DNA from: Octopus sinensis
Lineage: Eukaryota
NCBI RefSeq assembly: GCF_006345805.1
Contig: NC_042998.1
Span: forward strand, 178,870,001 to 178,934,000
Direction of reading: 5' to 3'
Length of the DNA stretch: 64,000 bases
Below the pieces are notes generated by a model. It saw only the letters and a list, made by a program, of their open reading frames with translations, had not been told where the DNA came from and did no database searches. How positions within the stretch are numbered: the stretch's first letter is position 1; every line of letters starts with the position of its first letter. Both the position numbers and the translations under genes were made by a program. Shown in pieces: positions 11,200-22,392 of this stretch.

Positions 11200-12745
11200 T
11201 AGGGGATTACTATATAGGTATGTTATTGTGTATGGTAAGGGAGATTTTATCATTATTTGTATATGGGTTTCGTTTATCATGATTGTTTTCTAAAAGAATT
11301 TTATAGTAAATTCTGTCTAATTACGTTTCTTAACATATATTCCATTCTATTCCATTCATAATTTTTAAATAACGTTCGTTCATAACGCGCTGAGAATATA
11401 TTATAAACATGTTCTATTTATTTCTATGTTAACGTAATTTTGTATACGTTTAACAGTTAGACTTTAAATTCACTTCATAACTTTAAATTGAATGGAAGGT
11501 ATGTATATTTTATATCGTATTTTCTTTGTTATTAATTATCAATAATTTAGACATACTTCGATAAATAGATAGGTCTGTTTTTAAATGTTTATGTTTCTTA
11601 ATAGAATAACTCAATATATGTTATTATTCACATTCATAAATTTGTTTTAGAGTGGGGTTGGGTTTTTTTTAATAGTATATTGCTATGTATCTGCTGAATT
11701 TGTTACTTATCTGTGTTGAATTAGCGATAGGGGTGCGGTTGTATGTGAGGGATTGTGTGTGAATGTGTGTGGGTGTGCATTGTTTATGTGTAGAAATGTT
11801 GTTTTTCTTTTGAGTGTTTATGTATGTGTGAAAGTGTGTGTGTGTGTGTTTGTTTGCGTATTTGTGTATGTTTTGTTGAATGCATGTGGTATTTGGATAT
11901 GTGTGTATGTGTGTTGGGTTTAAGTATTAATGTATTGTGGTGGTATATATGTGGTATTTGGTATTTGATAGTTTCTTGCTAAGAATGAAATGTTTATATT
12001 GTTGTGGTTGAGTATACGTGGATGCTGGTTGTGTGGTTGTCATGCAGAGTGATTGTGTTTATGAATGAGGGTTGTATGTGTGTGTGTGAGGGAGTATGAA
12101 TAAGTAATGTGTTGAAGTATTTGGCTATTTTATTAATTTATTGTTGCCTAGTTGTTTATGTGTATGTATAGAGATATATATGGGAGTGTGAGTTAGTGTA
12201 TGTATTTAGATATGTTTATATATACTTAGATATATGTGTATGAGCATGTGTGTATATATAGTTTGGTTTTATTTTTGTTTTTTGTTTTTTGTTTTTTGAA
12301 ATTAGATTCTTCATCTTTAAATATGAGAACTTTAATAATAGGTTTCTTTATATTCAATTGTTTATAGAGGTTATTTTAGTTCTTGATTATAGATTGATTA
12401 TATATAGATTATATATAGATTATATATTTTTATATTTTTTCATTGATAAATTTATATTATTTATAGTTTTAGCCATTTTAAATTTATTTTTTTAAAATAT
12501 TGATATTTTTAGATATGAAATCCACCTGATGAATGTCATTTGAAGACAGGAAACAATTGTAGTGGCGATTTATTTACTTTATATTAAAATTTTCTTATGT
12601 ATTGATTAAGTCTTTCCTTGTTTTATTTACAAAATAGTGGTTTTGTCTCTAATTAATATTATATAATATTTTACTATAAAATTGGATTCAATCCTAAATC
12701 TAATTTTTCCCTGTAAATTTGGATTTATTCCCTAATATTTTATTA
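11200..12745. mobile_element. Degraded PLE-type remnant ending in a hammerhead-bearing terminus
   Basis: Hammerhead at 12522-12565 followed by an AT-rich terminus into (TA)n; K/N-rich decayed reading frame on the minus strand; TG-rich internal tract. Confidence 0.5.
12522..12565 (+). ncRNA. Minimal type I hammerhead ribozyme (family B)
   Basis: CCAC-CUGAUGA-A-UGUC-AUUUGAA-GACA-G-GAAAC-AAUU-GUA-GUGG: canonical core, palindromic stem III ACAAUUGU, stem I CCAC/GUGG. Confidence 0.85.
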
Positions 12746-12797
12746 TATATATACATATATATATACATATTTACATATATATATATATACATATATA

Positions 12798-13186
12798 TTT
12801 TTTACTTGTTTCAGTCATTTGACAGTGGCCATGCTGGAGCACCACCTTTAGTAGAGAAAATCGAGCCCAGGACTTATTCTTTGTAAGCCTAATACTTATT
12901 CTATCGGCCTGTTTTGCCGAACCGCTAAGTTACATGGAGATAAACACACCAACATCGGTTGTCAACCGATGAGGGGTGGGGACAAATACAAACACACAAA
13001 CATACACACACACACATATATATGACGGGCTTCTTTCAGTTTCCATCCACCAAATCCACTTGCAAGACTTTGGTAGGCCCGAGGCTATAGTAGAAAACAC
13101 TTGCCCAAGGTATCACGCAGTGGGACTGAACCTGGAAACATGTGGTTGGTAAGCAAGCTACTTACCACACAGCCACTCCTGTGCCT
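12798..13186 (-). mobile_element. tRNA-derived CORE-type SINE
   Basis: Head with A/B-box-like tggctgtgtgg and ggttcagtccc, then ccttgggcaagtg CORE-like motif; copies at 31052, 48049 and 58779. Confidence 0.9.
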
Positions 13187-13689
13187 TGTCCTCTTTCTAA
13201 GAAATCTAATGCCTATGGCTTAGTTCTTGGGGCTGGCCGGTTCGGAGTAATATCGAGATTAAACAGCCAAAATTACAAAGATGATCCGGTTCCTGACTGA
13301 AGATTAGAGGCTTCGAGTGACCCGTCTGTTTTCTTGTGTCGTCTCTTTGTATGTTTTTGCGTTCTTGTCCCACTTTGTAATTTATATTTTATATTTAATT
13401 TCTATATATATATATATATATATATACATATATGACGAGTTAAGAAATAATTAAGATTCAGTTGAATTAGGCACCAAGTCTGTCCAGTATTGTCTGCACA
13501 GCTCGAAGTCCGGAAAAATTTCTTGAATTTTATTGCCTTCAGAGTGTTTACTGTTTTACAAAATTAAATTAGAAAACTGGACGAAACAGAGAACACAATT
13601 GAAAAAATTAAACGGAGAAAAGAAAAAAAGAGAATAAGAAAGAAGAGAAAAAAAGGGGTAAAAAACCAAAACAATTAATCACTTTGGGT

Positions 13690-14070
13690 TGAAAAGTTGG
13701 GAGCACTAGGAAACCTCTCTAATGGTTATTGAGGCACACCAGCATGCATGCAGTGCTGCCGTGGGTGATGGCGAGGCTGATGCACTGGAACAGTCAAGTG
13801 CCCTCACGAGTCTCACCAGTTACCTCTGCAAGGCAAATTGATAGTGAAGATAGGAATTTCACACTTCGAGGTCAGACCCCCAGCAAACGTCTCGAACACT
13901 ACAGGATGGAAAATGTAGTTTTGCTGGCAGATCATGGTATTTCAGGATTTTGTACTGCTCGGCCACAGAAGCTGTGAATCTCGCACTGACCGCATCATCC
14001 AGGGTGTGAGAAGCAAAGGAGTCGCTAACTATGACATCCCACAGATTGTTGCCAGAGTGGCTAACTGGCA
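13690..14070 (-). mobile_element. CRE-clade non-LTR retrotransposon, RLE C-terminal fragment
   Basis: WDVIVSDSF...KILKYHDL..FHPVVFETF..LAEVTGETREG..LFQ.ISLAI; homologous to 33800-34140. Confidence 0.8.
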
Positions 14071-14074
14071 TCTG

Positions 14075-14390
14075 TGTCAGTGGCATGTAAAAAGCACCAT
14101 TTGAGCATGATTGTTACCAGCATTGCCTTACTGGCACTTGTGCTGGTGTGCAGGTGGCACGCAAAAAAAAAAACACCATTTGGGCATGGCTGTTGCCAGT
14201 ACCACCTGACAGGCCCTCATTGGAGTGGCACGTAAAAGAACTGACTACACTCTCGGAGTGATTGGTGTTAGGAAGGGCATCCAGCTGTAGAAACTCTGCT
14301 AGATCATGATTGGAGCCTGGTGCAGCCATCTGGTTCACCAGTCCTCAGTCGAATCGTCCAACCCATGCTGGCATGGAAAGAGGACATTAA

Positions 14391-14429
<39 letters not shown>
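14075..14429 (+). mobile_element. RTE LINE 3'UTR remnant with long (GAT)n tail
   Basis: Same terminal sequence as 4110-4456. Confidence 0.85.
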
Positions 14430-14431
<2 letters not shown>

Positions 14432-14439
14432 ACATACAT

Positions 14440-14552
14440 ACAGACAAAAATACCCTGTTCTTGATGTTGATATTCCATTGAAGGAACCTTGGATCTTGGT
14501 TAGAAACCAGGACTTTCTCTACAGGCAAGAAATCTTGAAATAAAACTGAACA
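14440..14552 (+). mobile_element. 3' tip of R4/Dong-like element
   Basis: Matches the 3'UTR at 32150-32270; flanked by (CATA)n. Confidence 0.65.
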
Positions 14553-14939
14553 ATATACATACATCTATATGCGAGTGTGAAATATACAGTGGCTTCTCAT
14601 CTCCTCAAGATTTTATGTGACATGCAGTTAATTCAACTTAGTGACACATATTCTGTTGAGTCAGCTGTTGTGCTGAAATTTCCATTAGGTTTACCAAACA
14701 TTTTGAATAACTTATACCATTTGTTATTTGATAACCCATCTGTCTGTTCAGACTGACAATATTCTATTCATCATTTCACTTTACTTTTTTCTCCAACAGT
14801 CAGAGAAGGATATCTATTTGTAGTGACCTTTTCATACACTTTTAGACTGGAGAAATTTATGAAGTTTATGTCTGAACATCTGTATGTTGACACCTACCGA
14901 AGTAAATTTGAACAAGAAATATTGCCTTACTAATCAATT

Positions 14940-14967
14940 TCACATAATGGAATTTATCAGAAATTGT
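14940..14967 (-). CDS. Candidate terminal coding exon of an unidentified minus-strand gene (R-QFLINSIM*)
   Basis: Long polypyrimidine acceptor ...ttttctttttgtctgcag; phase matches the candidate exon 16075-16133; no homology recognised. Confidence 0.25.
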
Positions 14968-15225
14968 CTGCAGACAAAAAGAAAATTAAAGAAAGTAGAG
15001 AAGTCATGAAACGATCAAGAATAGTGAAACACAGATCTGATCAGCTGGAATTATGTAATCTTAAACCTGAATGTAAATGTCTTAAGATATAGGTCATAAA
15101 TTGCTTCTTTTCCAATTTATGGCAATGAGAAGACTCAGCAATTTCTTGGGTGATCGAACAGCTTTTTCCAAGGATAGCACTGCTCACTTGTTAATCAGGA
15201 AGGATCTAGAAAAGGTAGTCTAAGC

Positions 15226-16057
15226 CAGAAGTCTTCAACAATTAGGCCACAGACCAGTACTGAGCCATGGATCATTTGGTCCTGGACTGTACAGAAAGAA
15301 TAGATTTTGAATTTCATGTCTATTTTACTGACTATTTTCAGTCTGCTGGGGTGGTAGTGGATTGCATTATATGTGTATGACATTTGACACCAACTCCCAT
15401 TTGTCGATTACCTGTAAATCGTGAGTTCATCGTGCATGCAGACCCCAATTTCAGCCAAGCAGAACTTATTTTTCATTTGATAAGTTCCAGAATGTTCTTT
15501 CAGTGAGTGCCTTAAAAACAGTAATTTTTAGCATCAAACCCAGAGGGAATTGGGACGCCCTTTCGTTATGGTACCCAGTAAATTCCTCTCTCATAGCTAT
15601 TTTCACAAATTTATACTCAAACCAGTGTGATTTTCCTAATAGCTGATTTCTCTGCTTTATGTCAACTCAGAGATTGATGAAGGAATCAACACAGCCAAAC
15701 GTTTTTGCAGTGATGTGAAAATCAGCTTAATCATTAATTATCTGTGAAGACTTTTAGCAGCTGTTAAACACAACATTCATATAAGATTGATGCTGTCTGT
15801 GTTTTTATGAAGCTTATAAAAATAATAGCAATGAATATTTATGAACCAACACCAAATCTTTGTCATAACAAACACTACAAATTGGTGACTCCATCTCCAT
15901 ACAACAGCTACATATGTATTATATATGAAATAATTGATTGATATATTACACACTTTATGCACCTCATTGTATTTTTTATGTATGAGATACCCTGGTCCGT
16001 GGAAAATTTGTCTTGTATGAAACCGGTCCATGATGCATAAAACGTTGGAGACTGCTG
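15226..16057. mobile_element. Non-autonomous hAT (Charlie/MER1-like) element
   Basis: Terminal inverted repeats cagaagtcttcaac / gttggagactgctg (12 of 14 matching); 8-bp TSD gtctaagc / ggctaaac; MER1-like subterminal ggtccgtggaaaa...aaaccggtcc. Confidence 0.8.
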
Positions 16058-16074
16058 GGCTAAACAAAACTTAC

Positions 16075-16133
16075 CTAATTTTAGAACTGGCCAGCATCCC
16101 CATGGCTAGCAATTGTCCTCTCTTTGTGAATGT
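16075..16133 (-). CDS. Candidate internal exon (TFTKRGQLLAMGMLASSKI)
   Basis: catag acceptor, AG|gtaagt donor, open in one frame only; unverified. Confidence 0.25.
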
Positions 16134-16374
16134 CTATGATAACATTCAAGCAATTTACATTGTACTCAGACACAAGTTGGCTTGCACCATATATATATAG
16201 TTAAGATCCTGAATACAAAAAACAAAAAAAAAACATGGTCGTGGTCTTCTCCAGCAAAATTTAATCCATAAAAGTTCATAAATAGGCACAAGTGTGGCTG
16301 TGTGGTAAGAAGCTTCCTTCTTAACCACATCCCAGAACAGTTATTGAATTTGAGGGTAAGTTGTGGACAAGGAG

Positions 16375-18165
16375 GGATATCTCTGATAGCTTCGATATAA
16401 CAATGGGACTGAGTGATCCCACACAGGTCATTAATCATATGGGTATATATTTTCTACATTGCCTAAGAAATAATTTCCCAAAACTACTAAGTGGTCTATA
16501 TAGGAATGATGATTTATTTATAATCCCAAACAATAGTAAGGTAGAAATTGAAAGGATTAGAAAAAAACTTGTGAAATTCTTTAAGAATTATAACCACGGC
16601 TTAACATTTGAATACAAAGCTTATAATTTCCTAGACGCGACCCTGGATCTTAAATTGGGTCTATATTATCCTTATAGAAAACCTTCTGAAGTTACCACTC
16701 ATATAAACTGTTAATCTGATCATTACTCTTCCATAATAAAGACTGTAGTAACAGGGGTTTCAACTAGCAATTTGCAACTGTCTGCTAGGGAAGCAATATT
16801 TAATGCTCACTACTATAACTCTGCATTGTCTAGAGCTGGTTGCAAGCAATGTATAGAATTTTCCACAGAGACTGATACAACTATCAGCTGCACTAAGGCT
16901 ATGGATACTATTATTCATAATAACTTGCATCCTACTAGAGGTTATAGTGAAATTGGTAGTAAAAATAAGAATAAATATAAGAATTAGATTAGGAAGTATA
17001 ATTCTAATATCCTCATTAGGGGACTGATATATGGTAGTGATAGCAGTAATAACAGTGTTAATGACAACAAAGATACAAATAGTGAATCACTAGCTATGTG
17101 CTGTGGAGGAATTTCGGTAACCACAACAGATAATGGAAGAAATAGGCTCGGAATTCATTATCATTCGAATAACTCCACTGACTACAGTTGCAGTCAATCT
17201 AATAGCAACATATGATCCATCAAAATAAAATTATAAAGCTAGATACCATAGGGCGGGAAAAGGAGACAGATTACATAATAATGGCATAATTTGGTACAAC
17301 CCTCCTTGGAATTAGGCAACTGCTACTGATCTTGCTGAAAATAGGTTTGGCATGTTAGAAAAGACATTCCTCCTCATCATTCAATAAGTACAACCAGACA
17401 TCTTGTAAAAGGAAAATAACAATCTCTGATTCTACTCTTCCTAACCTTGGGGCTATTATAGCATCCTTCAATTGGTGGAATATTAATTCAGCCCGATATT
17501 AAGATCAGAGTGTAATAGATAGAAATATAAATGTTAGGCAACTTGCAGATACAACTAATACAGTTCTAAACTGTAATGGGCAAAATAACGAAAATGGGAA
17601 CGCAAGCAGTAACACATTTTAGGTTAATGCCACAAACAGGAATGGTAGTTATGGCAATAATATTAATTTTTACAAGAGAGGCATTGTATCAACAGCAGTG
17701 TTATTTCGATAAATAATAGCAATAATAGCTTATACCAATGTCATTTTAATGATTGTAGTAATAATGATAGTGGGTGTGACGATGTGTAATGTGAGTTGTC
17801 GTCATAATCAAATAAAAAATAATAGTACAAGCGATAGTAATAACATCATCGTCATCAAGAAGAAGAAGAAGAAGAAGAACAACAACAACAACAACAACAA
17901 CATAAATAATATTAGTGCTTGCACAGAGCAACATTCTTGTGCCAATATTGCCAAAAGTCCTCATTATGGGATGTTAGTCTGTGTACCTAAAAAAATGTAG
18001 TAGGAATTCGTTTAATACACACTTGACTGCCCACGCACGTAGCTGCCCATTGCCTGCTGATAATGTCAGCAATATATGGTTCCCTGTGGTTGATATAAAT
18101 AGCCCTAATCCTGCCAGTGTATGGAGCACCAGGGTGACTGGAGGCTGGGAAAGTAAGTATTGATA
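16375..18165 (+). mobile_element. Degraded PLE (RT, N-rich linker, GIY-YIG remnant)
   Basis: GLYRNDD (YRDD-like) and FLDATLDL; IIWYNPPW; CPL...V.....GVTGGW.SKY; many stops. Confidence 0.85.
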
Positions 18166-18230
18166 ATGTAAATATTACAATTACTGATGCACTGATTGAT
18201 AACTAAGGATTCTGATGTGATTGAATTTAA

Positions 18231-18443
18231 CCCTTTAGTGCTTAAACTGGCCATATCCGGCTGAAGTTTTCTACCTATTTTATGTTTAAACTGACCAGAT
18301 CAGGGCTCTCACATCTAACCTACATTGACATTCTAAAAATGAACAATCACGTCATTGAAACCTATAAGATAATGCATGATTAATTAAAAACAATTTGAAT
18401 AAAAAAATATTACATTTAACAAAGTAATCTGAACACTAAAGGG
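18231..18443. mobile_element. piggyBac-like MITE
   Basis: TTAA|ccctttagtg ... cactaaaggg|c(Gypsy insertion)taa. Confidence 0.7.
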
Positions 18444-18444
18444 C

Positions 18445-18755
18445 TGTAACGAGAAAGGATCTATTATCGAAGCACTGGAAGGGTGTCGATATCCGATCTA
18501 GTCACATATAAAATTCTAGAAAACAATACAGACGAACTCAGGTTAAAAGGGTGAACAGACAGTAGTTTGGTTTATTGATTTCGATGTAGTACGTTGTCTG
18601 GTGGGAGAAAGACAGCCTCTGATATACTGCTTTGTGTTAGTCGTTGAAGTTGGTTGAAGTTGGTTGCTGGTCGTGTGGCTGTCAGAGCCTGGAATTCATG
18701 ACCGATCGCAATGCTATCTTAGCCGAAGAGGGAGATTTGAGCTTCGCGGGCTCGA
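18445..18755 (-). repeat. Truncated 3' LTR (311 bp)
   Basis: Aligns to 21714-22024 with 9 substitutions, then runs directly into pol sequence. Confidence 0.95.
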
Positions 18756-20670
18756 ACTTGGGAGAAGTTAAATCTAACGACGCCAAAGGTGGCTGCTCCT
18801 GTGATATGGCAGCTAAGTCGATAGCAGCAGGAGACGAAAGGGCGCAAACTGGAAGGCGAGAGAGAGCGTCAGCAGGAACGTTCTCTTTTCCAGGTATGTG
18901 TCGAATGTTGCTAGTGAATTGAGAGATAAAATCCAGGTGCCGAAAAGCACGGGGTGAGAGTTTGTCCGTTTTTGAAAACAGGGCAAACGTAAGGGGCTTG
19001 TGATCCGTATAGATCACAAAATCTCGCCCTTCAAGTTGATGCTGGAAATGACGAACCGATAGATAGATCGCTAGGAGCTCACGATCAAAGGTGCTGTATC
19101 GTCGTTCAGCTGGTTGCAGTTGACGGGAAAAGAAGGCTAGAGGTCGAACATGATCATCCACTATGTGTTGTAACACAGCGCCAATCGCAGTGTCCGATGC
19201 GTCCACAGTCAAAGAGAGAGAAGCACCAGGAACTGGATGTGCAAGCAAAGAAACAGAAGCCAGCCCCTTCTTAATGGACTCAAAGGCTGTCACTGCCTCA
19301 ACAGAGAGGGTGACTTGACTGTCCTTTCTAGGAGAGTCCTTTAACAGCCTGGTGAGAGGTAGCAGCTTATCTGCACAACCGGGAATGAAACGTCGGTAGA
19401 AATTGATCATCCCTAGATAATGCCTGAGCTGGCGCAAGGAAGTGGGGGGTGCGATGCGTTGAATGGCATCGACTTTTGACGAGAGGGGGCTGATTCCAGT
19501 CGAATCAATATGATGCCCTAGAAAATCTAGGGAAGAGCGTCCGAAAACACACTTGTCGGGATTTATGCGTATACTATACGTGCGAAGACGCTGGAAGAGT
19601 TGAGAAAGGTGCCGGAGATGATTTTCTCGTGTGTCGCTCGCAATGAGTATATCATCGACATAAGCAAACACAAAATCAAGACCGCGGACAACCTCATCAA
19701 TGAAGCACTGGAAAGTGCTGGTAGCATTCCGCAAACCGAAACTCATGTACAAAAACTCAAAACACCCAAACGGGGTAGTGATCGCCGTTTTTGGAACGTC
19801 GGCTGGGTTGACCGGTATTTGGTGGTACGAGCGTATAAGGTCGACCTTCGAAAATATGGTACAACCATGGAGATTTGCCGTAAAGTCCCAGAGATTTCTA
19901 ATCGGATAGCGGTCGGCTATTGTGACGGCATTGAGGCGTCGATAGTCTCCAACCGGGTGAAAATCAGACTCGCCCTTTCGCGCCAAATGAAGGGGAGATG
20001 CCCATGGGCTGGTGGAGGGGCGTATAAGGCCAAGTTGAAGCATGTGCTCAAACTCGGCCCTGGCCGTTTTTAGTCGGTCTGGCGCTAGGCGCTGGGGGCG
20101 TGAGAATACAGGTGGCCCATTGGTGGTGATGAAATGGAGGGTCGAGTGGGTAGGCTTTTCCGGTTTAAAGGCAATGTCCACTAGCTCCGGAAATGAAACC
20201 AAAAGAGAGTGAAAAGGGTCTCCAGAGGTGGCAACAAAGAATGTCGGGCTAAGGACCGCAGTGGTGGAACTCCCAGTCGGTGTAGAGAGCGACGTCGTGC
20301 TATCAAGAAGCCTCCGACGCCTGACATCCACCAATAGATTAAACCTATCCAGGAAATCAGCGCCGAGAATAGGATGCAGGATGACAGCGATGACGAAAAC
20401 CCATTGAAAGTCTCGACGAAGGTTGAGGTCGAGGCGCAGCGAAATCTGACCGTAAGTGGTTATGGGAGACGAGTCAATAGCATGCAAGACAATCGAAGAG
20501 CGCTTGGGCTTGTCTGCAGCCAGACGAAGGGGCCAGATGCTGCAACAGGAGCCGGTGTCCACCATGAAGAATTTCTTCGACACCAGATCTTTTACAAAAA
20601 TTGCACGATTTTTGGGAACGGTGATGGAAGAAGGTGACGTGCTCAACTCCTCCGGATTTAGTTTTCCGAG
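18682..20670 (-). CDS. Pol: aspartic protease, RT, RNase H (integrase missing; last codons read into the LTR)
   Basis: VDTG protease; YVDD RT; DAS..FSR..ELLAI..DHKPL..ADALSR RNase H. Confidence 0.95.
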   Translation of the reverse strand, partial: LGKLNPEELSTSPSSITVPKNRAIFVKDLVSKKFFMVDTGSCCSIWPLRLAADKPKRSSIVLHAIDSSPITTYGQISLRLDLNLRRDFQWVFVIAVILHPILGADFLDRFNLLVDVRRRRLLDSTTSLSTPTGSSTTAVLSPTFFVATSGDPFHSLLVSFPELVDIAFKPEKPTHSTLHFITTNGPPVFSRPQRLAPDRLKTARAEFEHMLQLGLIRPSTSPWASPLHLARKGESDFHPVGDYRRLNAVTIADRYPIRNLWDFTANLHGCTIFSKVDLIRSYHQIPVNPADVPKTAITTPFGCFEFLYMSFGLRNATSTFQCFIDEVVRGLDFVFAYVDDILIASDTRENHLRHLSQLFQRLRTYSIRINPDKCVFGRSSLDFLGHHIDSTGISPLSSKVDAIQRIAPPTSLRQLRHYLGMINFYRRFIPGCADKLLPLTRLLKDSPRKDSQVTLSVEAVTAFESIKKGLASVSLLAHPVPGASLSLTVDASDTAIGAVLQHIVDDHVRPLAFFSRQLQPAERRYSTFDRELLAIYLSVRHFQHQLEGRDFVIYTDHKPLTFALFSKTDKLSPRAFRHLDFISQFTSNIRHIPGKENVPADALSRLPVCALSSPAAIDLAAISQEQPPLASLDLTSPKFEPAKLKSPSSAKIALRSVMNSRL

Positions 20671-21335
20671 GGCTTGAAAGTGCACGGCTGGGTACACCGA
20701 TCTGCCCTTTCGGCAGAGCGACTACGACTGCGTTGTCGGCGCTCGATTGCACGGGACAGATCGTCGATTCGCCTCGTGAGCGCATCGATCCGCTCGGTTA
20801 GTGAAATTTGCGCAGGGGAAACTGTCGGAGGGGGCCCTATACATGCACACAGGCCTCGCGATGGAGATGGATTCGGAAATTCCAGTATTCTATCGGCCAT
20901 CGTGGCAATCTGATCAACTGACACAGACTCCAGTACCGTGGCCAGCATTGTCTGCACGTGGGCAGGCAACCTGGAGAAAAATATCCTCCGTAAGAGCGGC
21001 GCGTCCGCTGCGTTGCTGCTTAGCTCCCTTAGATGGCACAGAAACTGGGATGGAGTTCTGTCCCCTAACTGCTCGTCGGCCATCAGCTCCTGAATATTGC
21101 TCTCCCCCGAACGTGTGTTGCGGCGGAGGATTTCTGCTTTCACAGACGCGTATGTGGCATCCGGGTGGGGACTTATTATTAGATCCCTGATCGATGCGGT
21201 GAGTCGGGGATGTAAGCCGGAATATAGCAGGTGCAACTGCTGCTGTGGAGAAATGGCATGTGCATCAAAATACCACTCCACTTGGGCAAACCACAGACCC
21301 ATATCCCCCGTGAATGAAGGCAAACCTGAAGCCAT
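20658..21335 (-). CDS. Gag (zinc knuckle partly deleted)
   Basis: LPSF..LWFAQVE, LGDRTPSQFL..L and RSRSRS..CTQPCTFKPSEN*; the family-typical CWYH segment is absent. Confidence 0.85.
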   Translation of the reverse strand: MASGLPSFTGDMGLWFAQVEWYFDAHAISPQQQLHLLYSGLHPRLTASIRDLIISPHPDATYASVKAEILRRNTRSGESNIQELMADEQLGDRTPSQFLCHLRELSSNAADAPLLRRIFFSRLPAHVQTMLATVLESVSVDQIATMADRILEFPNPSPSRGLCACIGPPPTVSPAQISLTERIDALTRRIDDLSRAIERRQRSRSRSAERADRCTQPCTFKPSEN

Positions 21336-21701
21336 GCCTTTGTCGGAAGGAATCTGTGAGAAGGGGGGCAGAGAGTATGGTCGAGAAATGGAGAGAGAAC
21401 ACGTGGAACCAACAAAGCAATTCAAAATTGTGTTTGTGTGTGCACCTCGTGGGTAGCAAAAAAAATAAGTGTGTGTACAAGGAAAATAAAATACAGAAAA
21501 TGAAAAATGAATGTGTGTGTTTTCTTTTTTTTTCTGTTGTTTTTTTTTTTTTTTTTGTGTACTGAGTGCGATGAATAAGGTTATTTGACCCACCTCGCCG
21601 TGCTGAAAAAGAGAAAAATATGAGAAAAAAATGAATGTTCAGCGCTCTCCGGCAAAACCTTTTCGCTGTGTCTTCTATCCTGTTCTTTTTTTTTTCAACT
21701 T

Positions 21702-21711
21702 GGGGTCACCA
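21702..21711 (-). promoter_or_regulatory. Primer-binding site complementary to the tRNA-Trp 3' end
   Basis: TGGTGACCCC two nucleotides inside the 5' LTR; eukaryotic tRNA-Trp ends ...GGGGUCACCA. Confidence 0.75.
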
Positions 21712-21713
21712 AT

Positions 21714-22130
21714 TGTAACGAGAAAGGATCTATTATCGAAGCACTGGAAGGGTGTCGATATCCGATCTAGTCACATATAAAATTCTAGAAAATAATACAG
21801 ACGAACTCAGGTTAAAAGGGTGAACAGACAGTAGTTTGGTTTATTGATTTTGATGTAGTATGTTGTCTGGTGGGAGAAAGACAGCCTCTGATATACTGCT
21901 TCGTGTTAGTCGTTGAAGTTGGTTGAAGTTGGTTGCTGGTCGTGTGGCTGTCAGAGCCCGGAATTCGTGACCGATCGCAACGCTGTCTTAGCCGAAGAGG
22001 GAGATTTGAGCTTCACGGGCTCGAGGGAACGTTTTCCCGCACATGTGCATGGGGAAGACTTCCGGTGGCCATCCGGAAGTAGTCCCATTCTGCGCATGCG
22101 CGCCGAACCCTACACAGTAGCATCACTACA
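21714..22130 (-). repeat. Complete 5' LTR (417 bp)
   Basis: tgtaac...ctaca ends, adjacent PBS and TSD. Confidence 0.95.
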
Positions 22131-22149
22131 GGGCTAATGCAACCAATTT

Positions 22150-22392
22150 TCAAACTGCCGGCATCAGTTGTTAGTTGTCAGAGCACTGCATCCTTCAAAA
22201 CTTCCATGCTTTCTGAGATTCGCCAACACTACACCTGATTTTCTCCCCTCCATACACACACAAGCACGTATCTGACTCATACATTGTTCGCTTTCCAGAC
22301 ATTTGTACATTACTGCATGTACTTTATATGCACTTTCTGACAAGTTGTGGTGCACCTGAGCACTGTATACAATAATTTCATTATTATTATTA
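22150..22392 (+). mobile_element. CR1/L2-like LINE 3' end with (ATT)n tail
   Basis: KLPASVV...TASFK C-terminal motif; homologous inverted copy at 34998-35155. Confidence 0.7.

Larger units (their letters stand above)
18445..22130 (-). mobile_element. Gypsy/Ty3 LTR retrotransposon with integrase, PPT and part of the 3' LTR deleted
   Basis: TG...CA ends; 4-bp TSD gggc (18441-44 and 22131-34); LTRs 21714-22130 and 18445-18755; gag, protease, RT and RNase H present, no integrase. Confidence 0.95.

Noticed and set aside
17987-18144. Protein-like minus-strand exon (HPGAPYTGRIRAIY...PTTFF) ending in TAG|gt, tempting as an A-to-I stop-recoding site
   Set aside because: The plus strand of the same bases is the GIY-YIG remnant of the collinear PLE at 16375-18165 (CPL...GVTGGW.SKY), so the antisense frame is most simply coincidental.
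19600-21456. Plus-strand ORFs overlapping the Gypsy element (and similar ones opposite the RTE ORFs)
   Set aside because: These are antisense shadows of GC-richer coding sequence with no recognisable motifs.
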